From a virus: a stretch of DNA of 64,000 nucleotides. The notes below the pieces were generated by a model, which was not told the origin of the DNA, searched no databases, and was given only the letters and a program-made list of their open reading frames with translations. The stretch spans positions 25,243-89,242 of the IMG/VR virus record IMGVR_UViG_3300045988_109200, one strand, 5' to 3'. Positions 18,652 to 26,403 of the stretch are shown here, in pieces. The number at the start of each line of letters is the position of its first letter. Position 1 is the stretch's first letter. The position numbers were made by a program, and so were the translations under genes.

Positions 18652-20871
18652 ATGCAGATGAGAACACTTTTACTGTTCCGTGGAGCACCCGGTTGCGGGA
18701 AGTCCACCTATATTAAAGAGCATAATCTTGAGCAGTACGTATTGAGTGCTGATACACTTCGCCTTATGTGCCAGAGCGCACAGGAAACACCTGATGGGCA
18801 GATGGAGATTTCTCAGCAGAATGATGATGTTGTATGGGAGATGCTTTTCAAACTGCTTGAGGTGCGGATGAGCCATGGCGAGTTTACTGTGATTGATGCA
18901 ACGAATTCCAAGACGGTCGAAATGAATTATTATAAGAATCTTGCAAAACAGTATCGTTATCGGATGTATGTTATTGATATGACGGACCTTCCGATCGAGG
19001 AATGCAAACGAAGAAACGCTCAGAGAGAATGGCTAAAGCGAGTTCCTGAAGCGGCTATTGATAAGATGTACGCTCGGTTTGCTACTCAAAAAGTTCCTTC
19101 TGGCGTGACAGTTCTTCCTTCTACTACGGATGTGATGTCCGATTTGAACTACTGCCCGAATGACTTTAACCAGTGGAAAAAGATACATATCATCGGTGAT
19201 ATTCATGGCTGCTATACCTGCTTGAGTGAATACCTTGGTGAGATGAAGGACGACGAGCTTTATATCTTCGTTGGTGATTATCTCGATCGTGGCATCGAAA
19301 ACGTTGAGGTATTCAAGTTCTTGTGTGATGTTGTAAATAACAACCGCAAGAATGTGATCCTTTTGGAAGGGAACCACGAGCATTGGCTGAACAAGTGGGG
19401 GCATGATAAACCGGTTCAAAGTGAAGAGTTTGCAAACTACACTCGTCCGCAGCTCTTTAAAGCCGGTATTGACAAGAACACTGCTCGTAAGATCTATTCC
19501 AGAGTCGGCCAGTGTGTCTACTTTGAGTATGATGGTAAGCGGTATTTCGTAAGTCACGGTGGTCTGAGCTATCTTCCTTATTTTCTTCCGTTCGTGTCTG
19601 CGGATCAGATGATTAAAGGCGTAGGCCGCTATCCTGATATACTGACCGTGGCTGAGTCTTGGGAAAAGTCGATGCCGGATAGCTATATTCAGATCTTCGG
19701 CCATCGAAATGTACAGGATGTTCCTATTGATATGGGTCATCGGTGCTACAATCTTGAAGGCAAAATCGAGTTTGGTGGATATCTTCGTTGTGTGGAGCTT
19801 GAACACGGTCAGCCTATCAAATGCGTAGAAACCAAGAATGATGTATTCCGAAAAGAGGAGCCAAAGACTGAAACTGCCGTTGAAATGAAAACTGAGTTCG
19901 ATAACGCAGAACTTGTTAGTAAGATGCGTCAAAGCAAATATGTGTTTGAGAAGCGATTCGGAGATATTTCTTCTTTCAACTTCTCTCGTGAAGCATTTTA
20001 TAAGAAGCACTGGGATGAGGTTTCTACCAAAGCAAGAGGGTTGTTCATTAACACAAAGACGAATAAGATTGTAGCTCGAAGCTATGATAAGTTCTTTGCG
20101 GTTGATGAGCGGAATGAAACGAGAATTGGAAACCTACAGAACACTTTGAAGTTCCCGGTGACTGCATATCTAAAAGAGAACGGATTTCTTGGTATCATTT
20201 CGTATGATGCAGAACAGGATGGTCTGTTCATTGCAAGTAAATCCACTCCTGATGGGCCTTTTGCAGATATGTTCCGAAAGATTCTCATGGATACGACTTC
20301 TGATGAAGATCGTAAGAATCTGAAAGAAGTTGCAAAAGAGAATGGCTCCATCATCTTCGAGGTGATTGATCCTGTGAATGATGCACATATCATCGAATAT
20401 AAGAAACCGCACATTGTTTTGCTGGATATTATTGCAAATGATATGAATTTCAGTGTAATGGATTATGATGATTTGAAGCGTGTAGCCGAGAAGTGTCATC
20501 TGCAGATTAAGGAGAAGGTTAAAACCTTTGAGAACTGGAGTGAATTCTATCCTTGGTACGAAGAAGTCATGAACGAGAACTATCTGCATCATGGTTTTGA
20601 ACACGTTGAAGGCTTTGTTTTGCGAGACAGCAATAATTTCATGTTTAAGCTGAAGCTTCCGTATTATAAGCACTGGAAGTTCTTGCGTGGTGTCATGCAG
20701 AGCGTTCAAAAACGTGGCTATTATGAAAATACCGCAAAGTTGTTTACTGCCGAGGATAACCTGTTCTATGGTTGGATGCGTGAACAACGAGAGAAAGATC
20801 AAGAGTCTTTCTGCAAGAAGGGTATTATTCAGCTGCGGAATGAGTTCTACGCAAGTCAGCAGAAGAGCTAA
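18652..20871 (+). CDS. Pnkp-like trifunctional RNA end-healing/sealing enzyme (739 aa)
   Basis: N-terminal GAPGCGKST Walker A; central GDIHG/GDYLDRG/GNHE calcineurin-type phosphoesterase motifs; C-terminal region with a KxxG lysine motif, proposed ligase-like (assumption). Confidence 0.65.
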   Translation: MQMRTLLLFRGAPGCGKSTYIKEHNLEQYVLSADTLRLMCQSAQETPDGQMEISQQNDDVVWEMLFKLLEVRMSHGEFTVIDATNSKTVEMNYYKNLAKQYRYRMYVIDMTDLPIEECKRRNAQREWLKRVPEAAIDKMYARFATQKVPSGVTVLPSTTDVMSDLNYCPNDFNQWKKIHIIGDIHGCYTCLSEYLGEMKDDELYIFVGDYLDRGIENVEVFKFLCDVVNNNRKNVILLEGNHEHWLNKWGHDKPVQSEEFANYTRPQLFKAGIDKNTARKIYSRVGQCVYFEYDGKRYFVSHGGLSYLPYFLPFVSADQMIKGVGRYPDILTVAESWEKSMPDSYIQIFGHRNVQDVPIDMGHRCYNLEGKIEFGGYLRCVELEHGQPIKCVETKNDVFRKEEPKTETAVEMKTEFDNAELVSKMRQSKYVFEKRFGDISSFNFSREAFYKKHWDEVSTKARGLFINTKTNKIVARSYDKFFAVDERNETRIGNLQNTLKFPVTAYLKENGFLGIISYDAEQDGLFIASKSTPDGPFADMFRKILMDTTSDEDRKNLKEVAKENGSIIFEVIDPVNDAHIIEYKKPHIVLLDIIANDMNFSVMDYDDLKRVAEKCHLQIKEKVKTFENWSEFYPWYEEVMNENYLHHGFEHVEGFVLRDSNNFMFKLKLPYYKHWKFLRGVMQSVQKRGYYENTAKLFTAEDNLFYGWMREQREKDQESFCKKGIIQLRNEFYASQQKS

Positions 20872-20900
20872 ATTAAAAAATAGACATTTTATCGTGATTT

Positions 20901-20919
20901 TCGTTAAAATAATTAACGA
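20901..20919. repeat. perfect palindrome TCGTTAA-N5-TTAACGA flanked by direct ATCGTGAT repeats
   Basis: seen directly; TTCGTTAAA recurs at 21091 immediately before the HNH start. Confidence 0.5.
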
Positions 20920-20990
20920 AGTATCGTGATATTTCTTCCTCCGAAAATGCCCTGCGCGGGGCTGACAGCCGGGAAAGACCGGCAATATAT

Positions 20991-21075
20991 GCCAAGGTGC
21001 TGCAAATGGGAGACAGGGCGAGCCCAAACCTCGCTGTGGAAACACATGCGGTTTCGAATACCGTCCTTGGCACCA
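20991..21075 (+). tRNA. tRNA-Leu(CAA)-like, type II, CCA encoded, C33 unusual
   Basis: acceptor GCCAAGG/CCTTGGC; T arm GCGGT-TTCGAAT-ACCGT; anticodon stem GCGAG/CTCGC with loop CCCAAAC; 13-nt variable hairpin. Confidence 0.5.
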
Positions 21076-21100
21076 AAATTTAAAAACAATTTCGTTAAAT

Positions 21101-22024
21101 ATGGGAGGTAAGGTTACGAAAAAGATTGATAAGTTTACAAAAGAAGAAATTGAACAAGCTTTTAAAGAAAGCAACAACTGGGCAATGGTTGCAGAGAAAC
21201 TCGGTTATAGTAAGTTTGGAGGAAGTTCTAGGGATGTAATTCAATCTTATGCGAATGAAAATAATATTGATACTTCTCATTTTACAGGACAGGGCTGGAG
21301 CAAGGGGAAGGTTGATCTGACTCGATTTCGTAAAGGCGTTCCATTCAGTAATCTTCGTGAGTCTCTTTTGAATATACGGCAACATCAATGTGAGAGATGT
21401 AAAAATACCGAATGGTTCGGGAAGGAGATCCCGTTAGAAGTTCATCATATTGATGGAAATCGATTAAACAACGAACTTAATAACCTTCAACTCTTGTGTC
21501 CCAATTGCCACGCACAAACAGAGAACTGGAAAGGTAAAAATGTTAATCATAAGAAGGAAATAACCGACGAACAGCTTATAGAAGCTTTAAAAAATTCATT
21601 GTCAATTAGCGAAGCACTTAGAAAAGTTGGCGTAAATTACATGGCGAAAAGTTGGTTTGAAAAAGCAAGGCAACTTATGCTTGAGAACAATATTGATTTT
21701 CCTAAAAGAGAAGTAGTACAAAAAGAAAAGAAAGAACGTAAAAAACGTACAATAAAATATTGCTCCAAATGTGGGAAGGAACTTTACAAAAGAACAAAAG
21801 GAAATTTGTGTAGGGAGTGCCTTTCTAATCTCCCATACAGAAGATATCACGAGTTACCAGAAAAAGAACAGCTTGAGAAAGAAATCTATAAAATGTCCTT
21901 CTCAAAAATTGGTGATAAGTATGGGGTAACTGGAAATTCTATCCGTAAATGGTGCAAACATTATGGACTTCCTTATAGAAGAGCTGATATAGATAAAATA
22001 TTAACTTCTTGTAGCAATACATAA
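21101..22024 (+). CDS. HNH endonuclease (307 aa)
   Basis: EVHHIDGNRLNN...LLCPNCH HNH motif; C-terminal repeats with CxxC pairs; sits inside the tRNA array. Confidence 0.7.
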   Translation: MGGKVTKKIDKFTKEEIEQAFKESNNWAMVAEKLGYSKFGGSSRDVIQSYANENNIDTSHFTGQGWSKGKVDLTRFRKGVPFSNLRESLLNIRQHQCERCKNTEWFGKEIPLEVHHIDGNRLNNELNNLQLLCPNCHAQTENWKGKNVNHKKEITDEQLIEALKNSLSISEALRKVGVNYMAKSWFEKARQLMLENNIDFPKREVVQKEKKERKKRTIKYCSKCGKELYKRTKGNLCRECLSNLPYRRYHELPEKEQLEKEIYKMSFSKIGDKYGVTGNSIRKWCKHYGLPYRRADIDKILTSCSNT

Positions 22025-22062
22025 TTTTAATAGATTGAGATGCTAAATCCTCAATCTTATAT

Positions 22063-22145
22063 GCTACCATGGCGAAATAGGCAGTACGCTTCGGTCTTAA
22101 AAACCGATGTCGAAAGACGTGCGGGTTCGACCCCCGCTGGTAGCA
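22063..22145 (+). tRNA. tRNA-Leu(UAA), type II
   Basis: acceptor GCTACCA/TGGTAGC; anticodon arm TCGGT-CTTAAAA-ACCGA; long variable arm; T arm GCGGG-TTCGACC-CCCGC. Confidence 0.6.
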
Positions 22146-22152
22146 CTAATAT

Positions 22153-22228
22153 CCGGGTGTAGCTCAGTTGGTATCGCACCTGTTTTGGGAACAGGGGACC
22201 GCAAGTTCAAATCTTGTCGCTCAGGCCA
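22153..22228 (+). tRNA. tRNA-Pro(UGG)-like with weak D stem and an acceptor mismatch
   Basis: anticodon arm CCTGT-TTTGGGA-ACAGG; T arm GCAAG-TTCAAAT-CTTGT; CCA encoded; acceptor 6/7 pairs including wobbles. Confidence 0.4.
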
Positions 22229-22255
22229 GTCCGAAAGGGTATGTAGAATTTTCAT

Positions 22256-22312
22256 TCACATTATTCCCAGCTCTCTGGAAACGGAGCAGTGTGACGTAGT
22301 AAGCTGGGTATA
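22256..22312 (+). repeat. tRNA-array spacer element copy A (structured hairpin CCCAGCT...AGCTGGG)
   Basis: about 55 nt conserved with copies at 22525 and 22748. Confidence 0.5.
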
Positions 22313-22315
22313 TGA

Positions 22316-22386
22316 TGCGCCATCGCCAAGCGGTAAGGCAGAGGACTTTGACTCCTCCATCACAGGTTCGACCCCTGTTGGCGCAA
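22316..22386 (+). tRNA. tRNA-Gln(UUG) with U1:A72
   Basis: acceptor TGCGCCA/TGGCGCA; anticodon arm GAGGA-CTTTGAC-TCCTC; T arm ACAGG-TTCGACC-CCTGT. Confidence 0.6.
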
Positions 22387-22391
22387 TTTAT

Positions 22392-22473
22392 GCGGATATG
22401 GTGGAGTGGCAGACACGCCAGATTTAGGATCTGGTGCTTCGGCGTGTGGGTTCGATGCCCACTATCCGCACCA
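22392..22473 (+). tRNA. tRNA-Leu(UAG), type II, CCA encoded
   Basis: acceptor GCGGATA/TATCCGC; anticodon arm CCAGA-TTTAGGA-TCTGG; variable hairpin; T arm GTGGG-TTCGATG-CCCAC. Confidence 0.65.
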
Positions 22474-22524
22474 CGGTCATAGAATGGTTGCGTACCGTTT
22501 TGTTGATCTCCTTTGACTGCCACT

Positions 22525-22580
22525 ATTATTCCCGGCTCGCCAGTGATGGTGCAGTAGTGCTTTGTAAGCTGGGTGATTGT
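22525..22580 (+). repeat. tRNA-array spacer element copy B
   Basis: TATTCCCGGCTCGCC...GTGCAGTAGTGCTTTGTAAGCTGGG. Confidence 0.5.
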
Positions 22581-22656
22581 GCAGCTATGGTGTTAGTGGT
22601 TAGCACATCTGCCTTCCAAGCAGAGAGGGCGGGTTCGAGTCCCGTTGGTTGCTCCA
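22581..22656 (+). tRNA. tRNA-Gly(UCC), CCA encoded
   Basis: acceptor GCAGCTA/TGGTTGC (two GU pairs); anticodon arm TCTGC-CTTCCAA-GCAGA; T arm GCGGG-TTCGAGT-CCCGT. Confidence 0.6.
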
Positions 22657-22747
22657 ATCTCGTATGGGTAGGATTTTTAGCGGTCAAATCCGGCTGCGCC
22701 TGTGCGAGATACCACCCCGAAATGGGCTAACGAAATTTTTCATGTGC

Positions 22748-22803
22748 GTTATTCTCGGCTCGCCCGAAAGAGTGCAGCGTGCCTTTGTAAGCCGAGTATC
22801 CCA
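22748..22803 (+). repeat. tRNA-array spacer element copy C (compensatory stem CTCGGCT/AGCCGAG)
   Basis: TTATTCTCGGCTCGCC...GTGCAGCGTGCCTTTGTAAGCCGAG. Confidence 0.5.
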
Positions 22804-22837
22804 GCCTAGTGATGCCAGTTGCTAGGTTGGTTCTTAT

Positions 22838-22913
22838 GCGACTGTAGTTCAATTGGTAGAGCGTCAGATTTCCAATCTGAATGTTGCGAGATCGTCCCCC
22901 GTCAGTCGCTCCA
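22838..22913 (+). tRNA. tRNA-Gly(UCC)-like second copy, noncanonical T loop, CCA encoded
   Basis: acceptor GCGACTG/CAGTCGC; D arm GTTC-AATTGGTA-GAGC; anticodon arm TCAGA-TTTCCAA-TCTGA. Confidence 0.5.
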
Positions 22914-23044
22914 CACGCAGCCCCTGACGCTGCACCGGTTGCTCAGAGCCGAAAGGAACCTATATGTTACGACATGGTTGCCAAGAGTGATCATATTGGA
23001 ACGCGACGTAGCTTTGATAGTAGGAATTAAATTCTGAGGTATAC

Positions 23045-23113
23045 GGCTGGATAGCTTAATGGTAAAAGCGCTCGGAAACACCGAGAGATGAGGTTCGATC
23101 CCTCCACTGGCAT
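23045..23113 (+). ncRNA. tRNA-like element (pseudo-tRNA?)
   Basis: canonical D arm TAGCTTAATGGTAAAAGC and T arm GGTTCGATCC, but a 5-bp stem with 5-nt loop replaces the anticodon arm and no complementary acceptor 3' strand. Confidence 0.3.
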
Positions 23114-23140
23114 CGCGCCGACGAAAGTTGGCGTTTATAT

Positions 23141-23216
23141 GGAATAGTAGCTCAGCTGGTTAGAGCCGACAACTTATAATTGTCAGACACGAGTTCAAAT
23201 CTCGACTATTCCACCA
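23141..23216 (+). tRNA. tRNA-Ile(UAU), CCA encoded
   Basis: acceptor GGAATAG/CTATTCC; D arm GCTC-AGCTGGTTA-GAGC; anticodon arm GACAA-CTTATAA-TTGTC. Confidence 0.6.
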
Positions 23217-23242
23217 GCCCGATAGGGCATACATAAAATCTG

Positions 23243-24116
23243 CTAGAACTTTTGTTTTAAATTATGTAAGGATGGATTTTCTGCCAAGCAAATTAGTGTC
23301 TGGTCTTGCAACGTAGAAATCGTTGCGCTCAATTCAGTTTGAACTAGAGCGCCTTTACCGCCACCTTCACATCCAGAGCGGATTTTTAGAGTGTAGGCTG
23401 CAGGTTCTGCGAATCGAGCCGAAGTCTCTCGATGGTCTGACTCCAATACTCGTCCAATTCCTTCTCTTCCAGACCTTCTTGTTCCTTCACTTTCTGCACC
23501 ACCTGTGACAGAGTTCCTGGATTCCACCATTCGATCATATCCAGCAACGCTTGCTTCAGGAGTTCGGGCAAAGGTTTTCCACGCCGGGATGCTCTCACAA
23601 GAATCCCCTGACATGCTCGTGCGCTCAAATAGAATTTCTGAGGCACGTTGTCCTCCAAAATCCATGACAAGCGCGATTCTCTGGCGACGCTGGGCGACTC
23701 CCCAGTATTTAGCGTCGAACAATCTCCATGCAATAGACCATCCATTACCGGAAATCGCTCCAGATTTTGCCCACTTCCCGTTCTTCCCTGAAGGTCGAGG
23801 AATTGAAACGTCTGGCTCGACAATGCGTGCAAATCTTTCCAACACACATCTGAAGTCTTCACCTTTGCTTGAGCTGAAAGCTCCTCTGACATTTTCCCAG
23901 ATTGCGAATTTTGGATATTCTCCATTAGTGGCCTCCCTCATTTCTGTAATCACACGAATCATTTCAAGGAACAATCCAGAGCGTTCACCAGCCAAACCTT
24001 CACGTTTACCGGCCTGACTCAAATCTTGGCATGGACTGCCTCCTGTGATACAGGAAACCGGTTCAATCTGCCACCCATGAAGTTGTGTAATATCTCCGTA
24101 ATGCTTCAGTTTTCAT
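23243..24116 (-). pseudogene. C5 cytosine DNA methyltransferase C-terminal half (motifs IV PCQ, VI ENV, VIII QRRQR, part of TRD)
   Basis: translation contains GGSPCQDLSQAG, ENVRG, QRRQR; SD AAAAGGAGGA plus ATG at 24116 lies in the +1 frame relative to the MTase frame at an A4 run (24110-24113); no motif I-III upstream. Confidence 0.6.
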
Positions 24117-24127
24117 TCCTCCTTTTC

Positions 24128-24148
24128 GTATCCTGTATTATATAGCTA
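24128..24148 (-). promoter_or_regulatory. conserved 21-bp motif copy (minus orientation), about 10 nt upstream of the SD of the minus-strand MTase fragment
   Basis: GTATCCTGTATTATATAGCTA on the + strand. Confidence 0.5.
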
Positions 24149-24229
24149 AAACTCAGAAAATGAGCGAAAAAATAATAGACGTATCAACGTCATGTTATTT
24201 CGTCGCCTATAAAACAAAAGATTTCGCCG

Positions 24230-24829
24230 GTGGTATTTGAGAGTCACAGTCAGGACGCTCGATACACTCAGCAGGGTGATACAAGTCCGACTTGTACTGC
24301 TCAGTGGGGAACGGGCGGTAATAATATGCCGCTGGTCGTTGAAAAGAAAGCCTTTGCAATGCAACGCATTGGTGAGTACAAGGAAAGTGAACACGCCAGC
24401 ACGATGAAATCTCGTGATTATAAGGACGCTACTGACCTGATTGCAGAGAAGGAAACGAAGAATCTACGATGGATTGTTCGCCGCTTGACTCCTTTGGAGG
24501 ATGAACGGTTACAGGGTTTCCCTGACGGATGGACTGATATCGGTGACTGGATTGATGAGAACGAAAAGAAGCATAAAACTTCTGACGCAGTTCGTTATAA
24601 GGCACTCGGCAATTCAATCGCATTACCGCAATGGTATTGGATTTTTCAGAAGATGAAACCGTATATCGGTGAGAATCCTACTCTTGGTAGCCTCTTCGAT
24701 GGGATCGGCGGCTTTCCGTTAGTATTTCAAAGCACATATGGTGAAGGTACTGCCATTTGGGGGTCAGAAATTGATAGCTTTTGCGTTGCAGTAACTAAGA
24801 AGCATTTTCCAGAAAAGCAAAGAGGATAA
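24230..24829 (+). CDS. C5 cytosine DNA methyltransferase fragment with permuted order (TRD tail, motifs IX and X, then motifs I and II), 199 aa
   Basis: RRLTPLEDERLQGFPDGWT (IX), YKALGNSIALP (X), then LGSLFDGIGGF (I) and SEIDSFCVAV..HFP (II); GTG start, no clean ATG. Confidence 0.55.
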   Translation: MVFESHSQDARYTQQGDTSPTCTAQWGTGGNNMPLVVEKKAFAMQRIGEYKESEHASTMKSRDYKDATDLIAEKETKNLRWIVRRLTPLEDERLQGFPDGWTDIGDWIDENEKKHKTSDAVRYKALGNSIALPQWYWIFQKMKPYIGENPTLGSLFDGIGGFPLVFQSTYGEGTAIWGSEIDSFCVAVTKKHFPEKQRG

Positions 24830-24831
24830 AA

Positions 24832-25107
24832 ATGGGAGCTTTTATTGCAAGACAGCCTAACGGTTTGCTGTGTCGGTTTTCTTCGGTGGTCGATTGTGTC
24901 ACCGATTACAACATGACCGAAGAAGAATATATCGAGATGTGTGCTGAAAAGGCACGAAAAGAAGCACGAGATGTTCTTGACCATTATATTAAGCCGTTTG
25001 AAATGGTTGACAGGTGTTTCTTCCCGAACAACATGACAATCGAAGAACACAAGCGGATTATGAAGGAAATGGAAAAGCCCGTTGACAAAGCAACTCATAT
25101 TCCGTAA
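24832..25107 (+). CDS. hypothetical protein (91 aa)
   Basis: ORF track; agaggataaaaATG. Confidence 0.45.
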   Translation: MGAFIARQPNGLLCRFSSVVDCVTDYNMTEEEYIEMCAEKARKEARDVLDHYIKPFEMVDRCFFPNNMTIEEHKRIMKEMEKPVDKATHIP

Positions 25108-25151
25108 TAAGAAAATCTCATAAAAGGCTAATTCAAACAAGAGGTGGTACG

Positions 25152-25382
25152 ATGAACAGCAAAATTCCTATCAATGCAACCATTGATTCCGGTTCCTTGA
25201 GTCTTCCGGCAAGTCCTATCTTCCAGAAGGAAAAGAGCACATATCTCTGTCCGTTCTGTGTAACGAAGCTAGAGAAGCTTGAACCGAAATGTCCAGAGTG
25301 TCATCACAAGATGGATTGGAGTGTGTGGATGGATAAGAACGCAAAGCACAATTATGCATTTGCTGAAAGTGGTGTGTTATGA
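25152..25382 (+). CDS. zinc-ribbon protein (76 aa)
   Basis: CPFC...CPEC. Confidence 0.45.
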   Translation: MNSKIPINATIDSGSLSLPASPIFQKEKSTYLCPFCVTKLEKLEPKCPECHHKMDWSVWMDKNAKHNYAFAESGVL

Positions 25383-25753
25383 AAGATTGGATGCACGCAA
25401 AAAAAAAAGAGATTGAGAACATGACTTTTGACCAAGCGAAGGAAATTGTAGAGAAACAAATTCGTCTTGGTAAAGAAGGAGACCAGTGGTGCCCTCGTGA
25501 GCATTTAGTAAAGGCTCTCGAAATCATTCTTTCAAAAGCTGAACTTTATGAGTTTAGAACAGATTACAAAGAGCCTCTTCTCGATGACGTTTATAAACAT
25601 TATGAGTGCCCGGTTTGTTATTACACACTATCAAATCTTGATAACTTCTGTCCACGTTGCGGACAATTACTTGATTGGCGATTTGTAAGGCATTGGGAGA
25701 GAACGATTCGTCCCACGCTTGAAAGACTGCAGAATGGGGAGGTGCAGGGTTGA
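25379..25753 (+). CDS. zinc-ribbon protein (124 aa)
   Basis: CPVC...CPRCG. Confidence 0.45.
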   Translation: MKDWMHAKKKEIENMTFDQAKEIVEKQIRLGKEGDQWCPREHLVKALEIILSKAELYEFRTDYKEPLLDDVYKHYECPVCYYTLSNLDNFCPRCGQLLDWRFVRHWERTIRPTLERLQNGEVQG

Positions 25754-26028
25754 ATATAGATTTCTTCCAACGACGTAAAACCCAGCTTGAGGATGCACTT
25801 CTTTTGAAAAATCAGGCAGTCGATATGCTTGATTATCTAAAGACGCATTGTATCAATAGCGACCAGTATTGTGCCATTCGAGATTACATTGAAGAAGCTG
25901 CGAAGATTCTGGAGAGTGACCTCGAATATGCAAACAACAAGCTACAGTCCGCATTCAGACCTAAGTATGGTCGGAACAACAGATTGACTCGTGCTCAATC
26001 TAAGATGTTCCGTGATAGAGAATATTAA
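25750..26028 (+). CDS. hypothetical protein (92 aa)
   Basis: ORF track. Confidence 0.45.
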   Translation: MNIDFFQRRKTQLEDALLLKNQAVDMLDYLKTHCINSDQYCAIRDYIEEAAKILESDLEYANNKLQSAFRPKYGRNNRLTRAQSKMFRDREY

Positions 26029-26045
26029 AAATGGGGTGATGCCGT

Positions 26046-26258
26046 ATGAACACATGTAAGAAAATATGTAACTGGTGTGGTCGTGAAATCAAGCCGATAG
26101 GTAGCGAGCAGGGAATCAGTTTTGAGCATCAATACTCTTATGGTAGCCAACTTGATGGCTCGCTTTTGAGTTTTGATTTGTGTCCTGAGTGTTCAGAACG
26201 GCTCCCAATAGTGCTCGGCGCAATGTTTGTACATAATCCATTAAAGGACAATTTCTAA
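26046..26258 (+). CDS. zinc-ribbon protein (70 aa)
   Basis: CNWCG...CPECS. Confidence 0.4.
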   Translation: MNTCKKICNWCGREIKPIGSEQGISFEHQYSYGSQLDGSLLSFDLCPECSERLPIVLGAMFVHNPLKDNF

Positions 26259-26403
26259 CGGTGAGTGCCGTATGAAATATAAGCCATCAATAAGCCAGAC
26301 GGAGGATAATACATAAAATGAATAGTGCATGAATTGATTCGAGACAATAAAAAGAAACATAAGTGATTATCAATGAAACAAAATTACATAAAGGAGACTT
26401 GAT

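Noticed and set aside
19033-21177. Long minus-strand ORFs (325 and 335 aa)
   Set aside because: Antisense to the Pnkp-like gene, whose motifs are unambiguous. Spurious.
22107-23037. ORF-track CDSs within the tRNA array
   Set aside because: They overlap tRNA genes and structured spacers. No start context.
22913-23040. Possible additional tRNA between the second Gly-like tRNA and the tRNA-like element
   Set aside because: No cloverleaf could be built. Only a short GC hairpin was seen.
23386-24017. Alternative ORFs overlapping the minus-strand MTase fragment on both strands
   Set aside because: MTase motifs IV, VI and VIII fix the real frame.
24100-24806. Homologous recombination between the 8-9 bp MTase inverted repeats
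   Set aside because: Too short for RecA-mediated exchange. Only a site-specific recombinase could use them, so the inversion hypothesis is speculative.
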